A stretch of DNA of 64,000 nt, taken from positions 186,001 through 250,000 of the forward strand of contig NW_026782387.1 of NCBI RefSeq assembly GCF_031769215.1, given 5' to 3'. The DNA comes from Ylistrum balloti. Taxonomy: Eukaryota. How positions within the stretch are numbered: position 1 is the first letter of the stretch; every line of letters begins with the position of its first letter. Positions 28,887-41,925 of this stretch are shown here, in pieces. The position numbers and the translations under genes are program-made. Below the pieces are notes generated by a model. The model was not told where the DNA came from and made no database searches. It saw only the letters and a list, made by a program, of their open reading frames with translations.

Positions 28887-29152
28887 AAGCATGGAATGTC
28901 AGATTGTATTTATTGTCAATATAATTGCAATGTGGGTGCCAGATAAATAAAAAAAATGTCGTCCATTAGGACATAAATGTATTAACATTTCAGATATCAT
29001 AAATATCACCATATTGTTTTATCATCATGTTTGTTAAAATTAAATTAACATTAAAATTGCTTTCATCGCTATCATAACAGAAAAGCTTTTTGAAAATCAT
29101 AATTTGATAAATAGTTGACTTAAAGCTATAATGATTGTTATCGAGGTGAAAT

Positions 29153-29475
29153 GCAGAGTGTTGACAAGGCCAAGTGGAAAATGTTGACAACACGAAGTAC
29201 AAAGTGTTGACATGGCCAAGTACAAAGTGTTGACAAGGCCAAGTACAAAGTGTTGACAAGGCCAAGTACAAAGTGTTGATAAGGCCAAGTACAAAGTGTT
29301 GACAAGGCCAAGTGGAAAGTGTTGACAACGTGAAGTACAAAGTGTTGACAAGGCCAAGTGGAAAATGTTGACGACACGAAGTACAAAGTGTTGACAAGGC
29401 CAAGTACAAAGTGTTGACAAGGCCAAGTACAAAGTGTTGACAAGGCCAAGTACAAAGTGTTGACAAGGCCAAGTA
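29153..29475. repeat. 23-bp minisatellite, about 14 copies
   Basis: Unit caagtacaaagtgttgacaaggc. Confidence 0.95.
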
Positions 29476-31616
29476 ATGACATAACATTGGTCAACATGAT
29501 GCCAAAATGACATGCATCCAGTATATAAAACCTTCTAATAGAGATTGAAAAAACACTAATATCATGACAAAAATAAGTTAATGATGTAACAGAACACTCA
29601 AGATGATCACCTTAATGCCTTCAGGTTACTGATATACACTACATTGTCAATATCTGTTTACACATTTATACCTGACAATAAGCCTGTGACATTAAATAAG
29701 CCCACCAACATCAAAATCTTTCAACGATTACAGAATTAGCCCACTTGCTACCTTTCCTCAATAGTTGTGTCACCCTCAAATTTTGATGCAAGCTATTACT
29801 AAGCTATAGTGACAGAATGATGATCAGATTAAATCCGTTATCTAATTGTCTAACCTCACATGTGTTACTGAACCTCTTCATAGTCGATCATAGGTACCTT
29901 AATATTTCCTTATGTTTTAGAAAAAATAAAAAATACATATTATATATCTTAGAAATGCCTATTGCCAGAGTATTCATTTTGATGCTTATTCTAAGTAAGT
30001 GAGGTATTTTATGTTAAAGTTAGAAAACAGGAAATATCACCACTTCAGAAAATGTATTCACTTTCTACGAATATTGAACTCAAAAGCAGTCCATTTTGCA
30101 ATCAATTTGCTACATTGAAAACCATATCTAATTTTAATGCAAAATGAATTATGGATTTTAACTGATTTCCCATCAGTAACTAATGCATGTTACTTCTCAA
30201 CTGTAAATTTTCATACTGCAAAAAAAAAAGGAAAAATTTTTCTTTTAAATCCCTAACGTATACATTCAAATTTATTCCGGTGTGCGTTGATCACACAAAC
30301 ATACTCCTTCTGTGTAAGATTACATTGTAGAACACAAATCTTCCTGCTGTTACATTAAACCTGGGCTCTCTGTGTGTTTAAACATGCAATCCTATAGACA
30401 CCAGGTGAACTGTGACTAGATTTTTTGTCTTGGAAGAATTTACAAATTGCCTTAAGACCCAAATAACATTTACTGTGCAGTATTGCAAAACAGGCTGATC
30501 TCCATATGTATGTAATATAACCTCTAATATCCCAGCTACTTCCCACACACTCCCAGCATCCAGTCTTTTCTTTAACCTAGTAAAGGATTCTGCCATCTTT
30601 TTTTAAAGTAGAAAATCATGTACTATTCTATCCTTTTCAAATATGTTGATTATCTAGTTCCAGAAATTTCCTTTAGCAATGATTCTAGCAGTTCTGATTA
30701 CTGAATGATAATACAGGCATCCAGCCCAGTTTTATATAATTTTGTGTCTTTTTGCATCTAGCTAACATGACAGCTGGATTGATATACACAGCAACAATGG
30801 CCTATTTCCAAAAACAATGACTAGATGCTTGATGCATGGACTACCAAATATGTGGTGGCAGAATTAAAAGGTTCAAATAAGAACAAAAGGAAGTGAACAA
30901 TGACCCAAATAAAATGACTTTTTCCTAAGTTGATACAATGCCAATGGGAATGCAGGTCTAACTGTGAGGATGCCTTTGCATGCTGGACTAGTAACTGGTG
31001 GGCCATATATTGATGTTTTCACTGGAATCCAATACTCTTGACAACTGTGGGTACATGTGTTGGTGTGTTAGATTTAAAACACTGACAAGGGCTACACATA
31101 CACAGAAACAGCCCTATAGAAAGAAACACTTCCAATTCCTCTCATCTTTACTCGCAGCATCAGTCTATTTTTATCAGCATCACATTTTTTCTCCTGATGT
31201 CCTTTGGCATCCATAATCTATCAACCTAACTTAACCTGTCTGCTTGCTTCTTAAATTGACTTCTTCCTTTTCCTAATGTGATAACAAAAGATGACTAGCA
31301 TCTGCATTGCTTCTTAATCCAATGCATTTTGCATCAAGACATGTCCAAGACATACCGATGTTAAGTCCATCGAAAGATTACACAAGAGTGTTAGTGACCT
31401 TGAAATCCACAACCATAATTATCCTCTACAGATTACAAGAAAAGGTCAATTATATTCAAGAAAATGGTCAGCTAGACAGCAGAATATCTGTTGACAAGTG
31501 TTGACAACACACTGGATTGGCATGACTGATTTCTGAAATGGCAGTTACATCTAAATTAACATGACTGACTACTGCTCAGTGAAAAGGTCATTCCTTGTTA
31601 ATTTGCACTTTATCAA

Positions 31617-32670
31617 TGACACTCCAGATAAGTAAGAACTGGATTAATGACACTCCTGATTAGTGGGGACTGGATTAATGGCACCCCAGATTGGTGGGGA
31701 CTGGATTAATGGCACTCCAGATTGGTGGGGACTGGATTAATGACACTCCAGATTGGTGGGGACTGGATTAATGACACCCCAGATTGGTGGGGACTGGATT
31801 AATGGCACTCCAGATTGGTGGGGACTCCAGATTGGTGGGGACTGGATTAATGGCACTCCAGATTGGTGGGGATTGGATAAATGACACTCCAGATTGGTGG
31901 GGACTGGATTAATGGCACTCCAGATTGGTGGGGACTGGATTAATGGCACTCCAGATTGGTGGGGACTGGATTAATGGCACTCCAGATTGGTGGGGATTGG
32001 ATAAATGACACTCCAGATTGGTGGGGACTGGATTAATGGCACCCCAGATTGGTGGGGACTGGATTAATGGCACCCCAGATTGGTGGTGACTGGATTAATG
32101 GTGCTCCAGATTGGTGGGGACTGGATTAATGGCACCCCAGATTGGTGGGGACTGGATTAATGGCACCCCAGATTTAGAGGGGACTGGATTAATGGCACTT
32201 CAGATTAGTGGGGACTGGATTAATGGCACCCCAGATTTAGAGGGGACTGGATTAATGGCACTTCAGATTAGTGGGGACTGGATTAATGGCACTCCAGATT
32301 GGTGGTGACTGGATTAATGGCACCCCAGATTTAGAGGGGACTGGATTAATGGCACTTCAGATTAGTGGGGACTGGATTAATGGCACTCCAGATTGGTAGG
32401 GACTGGATTAATGGCACTCCAGATTGGTGGGGACTGGATTAATGGCTTTTCAGATTAGTGGGGACTGGATTAATGGCACCCCAGATTTAGAGGGGACTGG
32501 ATTAATGGCACTTCATTATTAGTGGGAACTGGATTAATGACACTCCAGATTAGTGGGGACTGGATTAATGACATTCCAGAATAGTGGGGACTGGATTAAT
32601 GACACACCTGTTTAGTGGCGACTGGATTAATGACACACCTGTTTAGTGGAGACTGGATTAATGACACTCC
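31617..32670. repeat. 31-bp minisatellite, about 34 copies
   Basis: Unit gattggtggggactggattaatggcactcca; degenerate at both ends. Confidence 0.95.
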
Positions 32671-32694
32671 ACGTTAATGTTTTCTCCTAGCTGT

Positions 32695-32862
32695 CTCGGT
32701 GATCAATCAACATATCAGTCGTGAGTCCCGTTCTCATAAAATTTTTATAGGACTCATAGTATTTCTTGAAATACTTAAAAAGCTTTATATTATGGGACCC
32801 ATAGTTTTTAGCAATAACTCTGAAAAGGACTCACAAAAATAAATTGCAGATTGATCACAGTG
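32695..32862. mobile_element. 168-bp MITE-like element with nested inverted repeats
   Basis: Terminal ctcggtgatcaatc / gattgatcacagtg (12 of 14 inverted match) and inner gtgagtcc (32721) / ggactcac (32827); internal ggactca/ggaccca motifs. No clear target-site duplication. Confidence 0.5.
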
Positions 32863-34083
32863 TCTAAAAATAGGCATTTGAATTCTTCACACATTTAAAA
32901 AAGTCTCCTATATCATATACATATGATACCTTTAAACCATTTGCTTGATTGGGAATATGTACTTCTATAAAATCTAGGGCTAAGAGTTGACTGGTACTTA
33001 CACAACCATTGCCACCTTTCAAGACAAGAACAATTTCAAACATGCAGGACCTATAACTCAATACGCAGAGCACTTACAAACAACATTTTGCAAATTCCAT
33101 CCCACTGGAAACTCTTATGAAATATGGTGCTATACTTCCTAAAGACACTACTCTTAATTGGCTTGATCTAATTTGAAAGTGTTTTGTCTCTGGTTATGCA
33201 TTTACCACTTACTTAGATATGAAATCGTCTACAGAAACCAATTGTGTCTATAAGATATACATGGGTAGAGTATTGATTAAAGACCTTCAGTCGTTGATGA
33301 CATAAACATTGACAAGTCTAATCAATCTTTTGTACACAACAGTAGAGCAAGAAGTGAAACTCAGCATGATGAATAAACATAGAAAAGGTAAAAGCTGTCT
33401 ACAAGCATTGTATGTGTTTCTAGCTGATGCAATATGGTCATTTGATTCCATCTGAAGCATATGTTTTCATGATTCTTCTCTTCCTACATATTTAGTAATA
33501 GTTAGCCATGTTGCCAATTTTTTGCCAATAATTAAACCTTAACTGCCAGGAAAGAAAAGATGGATAAGTAGTCTGAAAATGCTTTTAACATTTTCTAAAA
33601 TTGTTTTTAATAAGGGTATAATAGGACTATTAGCTCTAAGAGTCCTGCCTTGAAAACGGTCAAAACAATATAGGGTGGACTTAAACATACAGTCAGATGC
33701 AAAAACATACAAAACATAAAAAATAGGTCATATCAATGAATACAACAAACATAAATGCTATAAAGGAAAGGCTGATAGATATCAAATCAATAGAAAATTT
33801 GTGTGAATGTTCAAAATCTATTTTATACTCATCATTATCATTTTTTGTGAAGGCAACTTAGTTGGGATGAGATAATTTTCTTGGCATTTTGAGGATACTG
33901 TAAATTATTCAAGGCAAAAAATGATATTTGAAAATGAGAAATGTTTTGTTTTATGAAGTGAAATAAATCATACTTGAATGATCAAACATCCTTTCCTGGG
34001 GGTATAACTCATCACATAATCTTCTAAGGTGAGGGGAGGTGATATGTCATAAGCATTGTAAGCCCTTAAATCTTAATTCCACA

Positions 34084-34245
34084 GGAAATGACTCCAACAG
34101 TGTGAAGAAATATTCAGTGATTAAGGAAATAGCTCCAATATTGTGAAGAAATTTTCAGAGATTAAGGAAATAGCTCCAATATTGTGAAGAAATATTCTCA
34201 GATTAAGGAAATAGCTCCAATATTGTGAAGAAATATCCACAGATT
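34084..34245. repeat. 41-bp tandem repeat, about 4 copies
   Basis: ggaaatagctccaatattgtgaagaaatattc..agattaa at 34125, 34166 and onward. Confidence 0.85.
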
Positions 34246-36691
34246 AATAACCCATAGGCAGATGTCTTACCTATCGTATTGTCACAAGAGTATTAATATT
34301 ATTTAACCATCTGTGTAGCTGCCAAGTTACAAAGGTTACTTGCCCTTATCTTAGGGCCTGACCTACATGATAATCTATAACTCTAATTAAATCATGTGTA
34401 TCTCATTACAAGCTTAATTATGAACTCACCCACATACTAAAACTGACCTTATTTTCACGCCCTTCGTTAATAATATCATCAACTTTACCAAAGTTTGACC
34501 AGTCCAATGAGACAGAAAATTTTTTCCACCATGGACTGGACAGGGAGTAATTGACAGCTGAGTATATTACAGGAAATAGTGGTAAAAAGATAAAATACAG
34601 GGACAGGTTCTAAGTCTTTGAGATCAATACATGTTGCTCCAACTTGGATTTTTAAATCCTTCCGTTTGATAAAATTGAAAGTTTGTTTCAAATCTAAATT
34701 CTAAGAATTTAACCGAAAGGTGGAAATACAAAGTTGCACTATATTAAAACTAACCATTAGATTGGACCTGTGTCGTTACTGAAGTTTTCTCAACGATGTA
34801 TTTACAAACATGGGTTTCCAGCACACTTGATTTTAATAACCTTGGGTGTCTATTGGACATTTACTGTATTTTCCATAGCTGTTTTTCAAAGACATGAAAA
34901 TAAGTCCAAATATTTTTAACAAATTACAAAAAATCGGATACTTAAAGTAAAATCTCTTACCAAAAGTACAAGTCTGACAGAAGTTGTCTGGGTCATTTAC
35001 CATCATTAACACTTAAAGCATGTATGACAAGATAAAGCGCTCCCATCAGTAGATCAGCTGAAGTCCATTTTCTTCCGTCTATTGACAACAGGCCACTAGA
35101 GATTGTCGCCGGTATTTTTGAAGTTAATGTCCACATTTTTCGTCTGTATGTATACGGTTCAATCTCCTCTTGACTTTGTGTATTGCTTGAAAAATGTCAA
35201 CCTTGCAAATGTAATTGATTGATATCTGAAAACAGCATTGTCCATGTTGACAATCTTCTACATGTGTATGTCAATTTTCATTTGCCAATTCCCCTTTTTT
35301 TAACCATGTTGACAAATAACTAAGAAAATTTACAGATGATATTCTAACTACAAAATTTAACGGTTTTTATAGAATATCTAAAATATAATTCACTTTTATG
35401 AAACTCATCAACCTTTTTCTTTTTAGGGGTTTATGTTCATATTTTGTTCTCATTTCTTCAATTGTTAGTTTAAAGATTCGACTAATGTATTTAAAAATTT
35501 TTTTTTTTTTTTTACAATCCGATGGTTTTAAATTAACTTATAGAAATAAACGAAAACATTAGAAAAGATTGACCATAATTTTGTAGAAGGTAAAACACAA
35601 AATAAGCTGTCAAAAAACTACCAAGTAATGTGTTCAAAAGTTCAAACATAACCTTCAAGGCATAAAAAAACTGGGAATAGTTAAATGTATTGTATTCTGA
35701 TCCGTGACAAACAAGCCTTTCATAGAGCCAGATCATAAAAGTTTAATGTGAAAACGTTGACAGCTAGACATGGTCACAATGTTAACAATACATTGGAAAT
35801 ATCTACCAATCATACAAAGGAATTTCACCTTCAGGTGTACTTAATGTATTCATTTTTAAGGCCACAATTCAAAATACATCTGTTTGCCATCCAATAACAT
35901 TAATCCTGATTTACATTCTACATACAATATTTATTGGGCAAGAAAGCCATACATATATTTTAAGAAGCCCAAACTGTTACACCATGAGGTGACACAGTTT
36001 TCAATTAATACTTTTTGCAGCATTTCCAAATTCAATTTATATCAAACTTGATTGCCAAGTTAACATAAGTGAATAAACTAATTAATAAAATCTCAGATTT
36101 GTCACAAACTAAACTTTAAGGGTTTCATGATCAGCTTTTATAAAATTTGAAGCTGATTTATCAAAGATAAAACAACTAATTATAACAATGTTTATCTACA
36201 CTCACCAGTCATATCCAATATCATAAAAAACTGTATCATAGATTAAAGATTAAAATTTTTTTTAGAACTTTGCTAAAAAACTCTCATGTATAAGGTGATT
36301 TAGTTATGATATAACTGTATGGTTATTAATAAAATACCTTATTATCTAAACTTCATTGATTACACTCTTTCATTTTTTTTTTTTTTTTCGGTGGTTTCAT
36401 TAACATTGAAACAAGGAAACGAACACTGAATAGATGTAAATATATCAAAACAAGTCCAAAAATTTAAATAATGTGACATTTCCATGACTACACTGTCATA
36501 TTTATCAAACAAACTACCAATAAAGTATAAGTTCACTTATAATGTGGTCCACAAGTACAAGACGGTGATTAAATTTCATTTTGTATGACCAAATGGTGAT
36601 AAGAATATCGTGGGAACAGGTCCACTTGGTGATATTTCATACATAAGTGGTTACAGTATATGTACTATTCCTTGAAAGTAAAGTTGATTAA

Positions 36692-36792
36692 TATATTTTT
36701 CAGGTTATAAGCTGCAGCTTTCTTCCTCAGTGGTCAGAAGTGCGGCTTATATACTGATGCGAATTATATGTGGATGGAAAAAATCGGCAGAA
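36692..36792 (-). mobile_element. End fragment of a pogo/Tigger-like MITE (copy 2, inverted relative to 13661-13761)
   Basis: tatttttcaggttataag...gtcagaagtgcggcttatatactgatgcgaattatatgtgga...aaaaatcggcag matches the reverse complement of copy 1. Confidence 0.6.
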
Positions 36793-38100
36793 TGACAAAA
36801 AAAACACTGGTCTGATTCATCAGTTTCGGACCATTATGTATTTTGGAATGGCCATTTTGACAAGGCATATCATATGCACTATTGACCTGTATTACCTTGC
36901 AACCAGATAATTTTGATTGCTTTAACATATCAGGCTTCCAGAAAGAATAAAAAACAGAGATTTAAAGCAAGGATACCAGTACACGACCTGGGTATCAAAT
37001 TTTTAATGAGTACCTGTCCAACATGTGTTTTTGACTGAAACAGATCTCTAGAACTGTCATTTGCAAACGTATAGAGGATGATTTTAAGATTAAAATAACA
37101 TTCTCTGATGATATTGATGAATTGTCTTCGATTGTCTGTTATATCAACGAACATTGGTCAACATAATGGTTACCACATCATAAGAAAGGGAACAGCTTAT
37201 TTATATTCTGATGTGTCTTTTATGTGAATCAAGTTGAAAAAAAAAATGCTAAAAACCAACCCTGCTGCTTATAATCGGTTGTGGTTTACAGCCTGAAAAA
37301 AAAACGGTATGCTACTATGGTCATTTGTCTAATGAAGGTGAGTGTTGTCTTCTTAACATCTAAAAATTCTCGAACTGGTTGTAATAAAAATCTATTCAGT
37401 ACTATGTTTCACAATTAAGGAAACATGACATTTTATTACACCCTCATATCCTAAGCCCATGAATATCCCGTCATTACAACAGACATTTATATCAGGTCTA
37501 TATGAATATATCTAGAAAGATCATGATCGTTAAATGTTACAATGTCCTTTTCAATTATTATTTCTGTATGTTTACCTGCATGAACTTCCATTAATTTTCA
37601 AGCTACCATAATTATCTGCCAATAAGCCCAGGTTGTTCGTAAATGTGGGTTGGTAAGTGGTTGTAACTTTTCAATTGTGATGCTTTGTCTCTATGACAAA
37701 TGCTGGTGTTTTGGTAAAACCCAGTGTCTGGTAATAAGGCAAGCCATATCTTTTGCTGTTAGGTATTGCTTACAAATTCTGTCCTATTTCACATTAAATC
37801 CAACCTCTCACTCTGAATCAAACCTGATGTTTTGACTTCAAGGGCTTATTATAGAATAAAAATATTATACAACTCTACAGTAAATTAGGAGTTGTATGAA
37901 GTAACTATATCCATGCCTTGATACTTCAACTTGTGTTGTTGAGGTCATTTAGAAAATAGATATCTATAGGTATACTGAATGTGATCAAAACTGTTGCCAA
38001 ATAAAGGTCAAATAGTACAGATGGTTATCAAATTTACATAAATTTTCAGATATATCCATTGGACAAGACTAGATAGTGATAATATAGTGAAAACAGATCA

Positions 38101-39388
38101 AATTGATGGTCATTGCTACATACATTAGGAATTGATGGTGTTTGCTACATACATTAGGAATTAATGGTGTTTCCTACATACATTAGGAACTGGTGGTGTT
38201 TGCTACATACATCAGGAATTGATGGTGTTTGCTACAAACATAAGGAATTGTTGGTGTTTGCTACATACATTAGGAATTGATGGTGTTTCCTACATACATT
38301 AGGAACTGGTGGTGTTTGCTACATACATTAGGAATTGATGGTGTTTTCTACATACATTAGGAATTGGTGGTGTTTGCTACATACATTAGGAATTGATGGT
38401 GTTTTCTACATACATTAGGAATTGGTGGTATTTGCTACATACATTAGGAATTGATGGTGTTTGCTACATACATTAGGAATTGATGGTGTTTGCTACATAC
38501 ATTAGGAATTGATGGTGTTTCCTACATACATTAGGAACTGGTGGTGTTTGCTACATACATCAGGAATTGATGGTGTTTGCTACAAACATAAGGAATTGTT
38601 GGTGTTTGCTACATACATTAGGAATTGATGGTGTTTGCTACATACATTAGGAACTGATGGTGTTTGCTACATACATTAGGAATTGGTGGTGTTTGCTACA
38701 TACATTAGGAATTGGTGGTGTTTCCTACATACATTAGGAACTGGTGGTATTTGCTACATACATTAGGAACTGGTGGTGTTTGCTACATACATCAGGAATT
38801 GATGGTGTTTGCTACAAACATAAGGAATTGTTGGTGTTTTCTACATACATTAGGAATTGATGGTGTTTCCTACATACATTAGGAACTGGTGGCGTTTGCT
38901 ACATACATTAGGAATTGGTGGTGTTTCCTACATACATTAGGAACTGGTGGTATTTGCTACATACATTAGGAATTGATGGTGTTTGCTACATACATTAGGA
39001 ATTGATGGTGTTTCCTACATACATTAGGAACTGGTGGCGTTTGCTACATACATTAGGAATTGGTGGTGTTTCCTACATACATTAGGAACTGGTGGTATTT
39101 GCTACATACATTAGGAATTGATGGTGTTTGCTATATACATTAGGAATTGATGGTGTTTTCTACATACATTAGGAATTGATGGTGTTTTCTACATACATTA
39201 GGAATTGATGGTGTTTCCTACATACATTTGGAATTGATGGTGTTTGCTACATACATTAGGAATTGGTGGTGTTTTCTACATACATTAGGAATTGGTGGTG
39301 TTTCCTACATACATTAGGAATTGATGGTGTTTGCTACATACATTGGGAATTGATGGTGTTTCCTACATACATTAGGAATTGATGGTGA
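38101..39388. repeat. 29-bp minisatellite, about 44 copies
   Basis: Unit ttgctacatacattaggaattgatggtgt; a diagnostic variant recurs at 38211, 38559 and 38791 (12 and 8 units apart). Confidence 0.97.
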
Positions 39389-41254
39389 ACTATTTTTACG
39401 GATGAGTTTGAACAGAGCTTGTTCACAATATGACAGACATTAATACATTAGAAACTAAGGAGGTCTATAAAGGTAACATACAATACAAGGCCTCGGCCCA
39501 TTTGTGTTGTCTCTCCTCTTCTATGGGCCTAAATACTTAACAGACCTAACCCAAAACTAATACCTACATGTCTTTATCAGCTGAGGATATATAACCTTTC
39601 ACATCAATATATTTGGCACAGGTCTAAGTCCAATTCATGGAGGAATTCTTTGTCCCTTATTTATGTATATACACACAGTACCATCTCTTACAATTAACTA
39701 CAGATTGACAATATGATCCTTACAATGTTCTTGCTGTTCATACATGGACACATTTTGATTCTGTGCCCATTAACTACAACTTGACATTATCAAACCTCAC
39801 TGTTGTAATCTATCATATTTACTATAAAAGTAAAAACATGTTATTCAGTGATGTTTCTCTCAGTGTGGCACTTCATACATTTAATATATATAATTTGGTT
39901 AGTCAGGTTTCATTATTATGTTCTGAATATCAAATCAACAAATTAAATCAAAGTATGTTTTAAATTAATTCCACTATAAAGCTACATTTGTATGGTTTCT
40001 GATCTACCAAAATTTTTCATTCATTTCTAATTATTTGCTATGCTTTATTCATAAAAATTTATTTATTTTTTTTAAAAAATATTTTTATACATTAATTTCC
40101 TGTAGTTTTCCATGTCAAAAGTTTTATTAAACTGTTCACCTACCTCTAGTTTTATCACTCAAACCTCTGATGTTTTTGTTAACATAGTGAGTGTTTATTA
40201 AGTCAAATACAGTCGCCCACATTTCTCTGTTAAATTCTATTCAAATTAACTTTATATACTTGAGGAATATTAGGTATTATAAATTCATAAAATGTTATCA
40301 CTGTATACCAACAGAAACAATATCTCTATTTAGTAAAATGGTTTTTAACAATTGACAGCTGGTATTGAAAGTTAATATTGTAGTTCTTTTTCATAAACAG
40401 ATTGAATGTTCCTCACAGATGTGTCTTTACGGTCATGCAAGCACATAAAAATAGTTTATTGTGTCAGTATAGCCTATCAGAGATATTACCTTGTCTGTGT
40501 ATGAAGAAATGACTGGTTTCCTGTTGAATTCCAGGTGCATACCATTGGTGGTGACTGGTTCATGTGTGACTAATAATACAATAAAATATCTACTAATATC
40601 CATCCAAAATTACCCTCTCTTACGTCCAAAGGATTTCTTCACACGAATTATGAGAAATGTTTTTCCAGAGGTGGGGAACTTACATCATAGGTATTTATTT
40701 TGCTATGTATCATCAAAATATTGAGAATAAATTTGGCAGTAAATTCACATCAAAATAATTTCTTTAAAAAACTTCAGTTGCATCATCAAACTAAATGTAT
40801 ATTTATATATATCTATATACTTCCTGCCAAATTACAGATTAATGAAAATATATTTACCTTGGATGATCTTGATTTCTATTTAAGAATAGAACATGTCATC
40901 TTAAAAATATTGGAAATTTTTCTTGTATTTCCAGACAGGAAATTTTATACTAACGATAATTTTTTCTGCATTAAATGTTATGTTAATCATGTCACATCTC
41001 TCAGTTCTACTTTCAGTTTCAATCCTCTAGTTGTCATATCTCTTATCAATTAAATGAAAGTTACAATATTTTGAATGTATAAATTTTCAACTTTCTTTTT
41101 TTATTTCTTCCTAAGTATTTCAACATTCAGCAATTGATTTGAAGCCAAGAATGAAGATTCCCATGGGCTGTATCATATATTTTCAAAAATGAAATATTTC
41201 TTAAATGATATATCAAAGAGAGACTGACTAATCTAATTTCAAGTGAAGATCTGA

Positions 41255-41370
41255 AATGTGTGGTTTGATCTCTCCCAAGGCAGTTTTCACGAAGCTGATA
41301 TCATGGCCCATCCCATACATATATGTGTTGTCCCTGTTGTGTCCTTTGGCCAGACATTTTACCTCAATTT
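41255..41370 (+). mobile_element. Decayed CORE/Meta-type SINE fragment
   Basis: B-box-like gtggtttgatctc followed by gttgtgtcctttggccagacattttacctc, similar to the CORE motif GTGACCTTGGGCAAGTCACTTAACCTC. Confidence 0.45.
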
Positions 41371-41789
41371 TTATGGATGACATTTGATGGGTCTTCTGCA
41401 TGATGCTCAATGAGGAAGTCACCTGCCACTACAAAAAGACAACCTCAAAAGGGAAATCACCCTGGCTATTCATCATTTACATCATCTAACAAAACTATCA
41501 AACAAATTAAAGTCAATCCCCTGAAGTTCGAAGTGGTAATAATTTGTGACCATTATACATTACAGATGGGGAAAGAGGTTCCATGTCGACATATGTTAAT
41601 ACCCTTGCATACATGAATACATCTTTTTTTCATCGTTACCATAGCAGAATTTTTAACTAAATGTTCTATGACTGATTGTCATTGGTATATTCTTTATGGA
41701 ATTATAATAAAATTAGATCACAAGGAAAATATTTTCTTGAAAACATGACTGTAAAATAACTGCCCAGCTACCTTTTCCCTGGCTAGGTA

Positions 41790-41925
41790 ATGTATCCAGT
41801 TAAATCCCCTTTCTTATGCTTAGTAATGTGTCCAAGTTAACAGTTATCTCCCCTTTCTCATGCTAAGTGATGTGTCCAACAGTTATCTCCCCTTTCTTAT
41901 GCTTAGTGATGTGTCCAACAATTAT
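41790..41925. repeat. Imperfect triple repeat of about 38-44 bp
   Basis: tcccctttct(t/c)atgct(t/a)agt(a/g)atgtgtccaa occurs three times. Confidence 0.75.

Noticed and set aside
28990-29513. Three overlapping 119-165-aa ORFs
   Set aside because: Produced by the stop-free 23-bp unit.
31040-31075. CWCV motif on the plus strand suggesting a second TY domain
   Set aside because: The other TY cysteines, spacing and splice sites are missing; wrong strand.
31353-31400. 43-nt AG/GTATGT-bounded segment containing FDGLNI (perlecan YDGLSL-like)
   Set aside because: In-frame TAA and no alternative acceptor after it.
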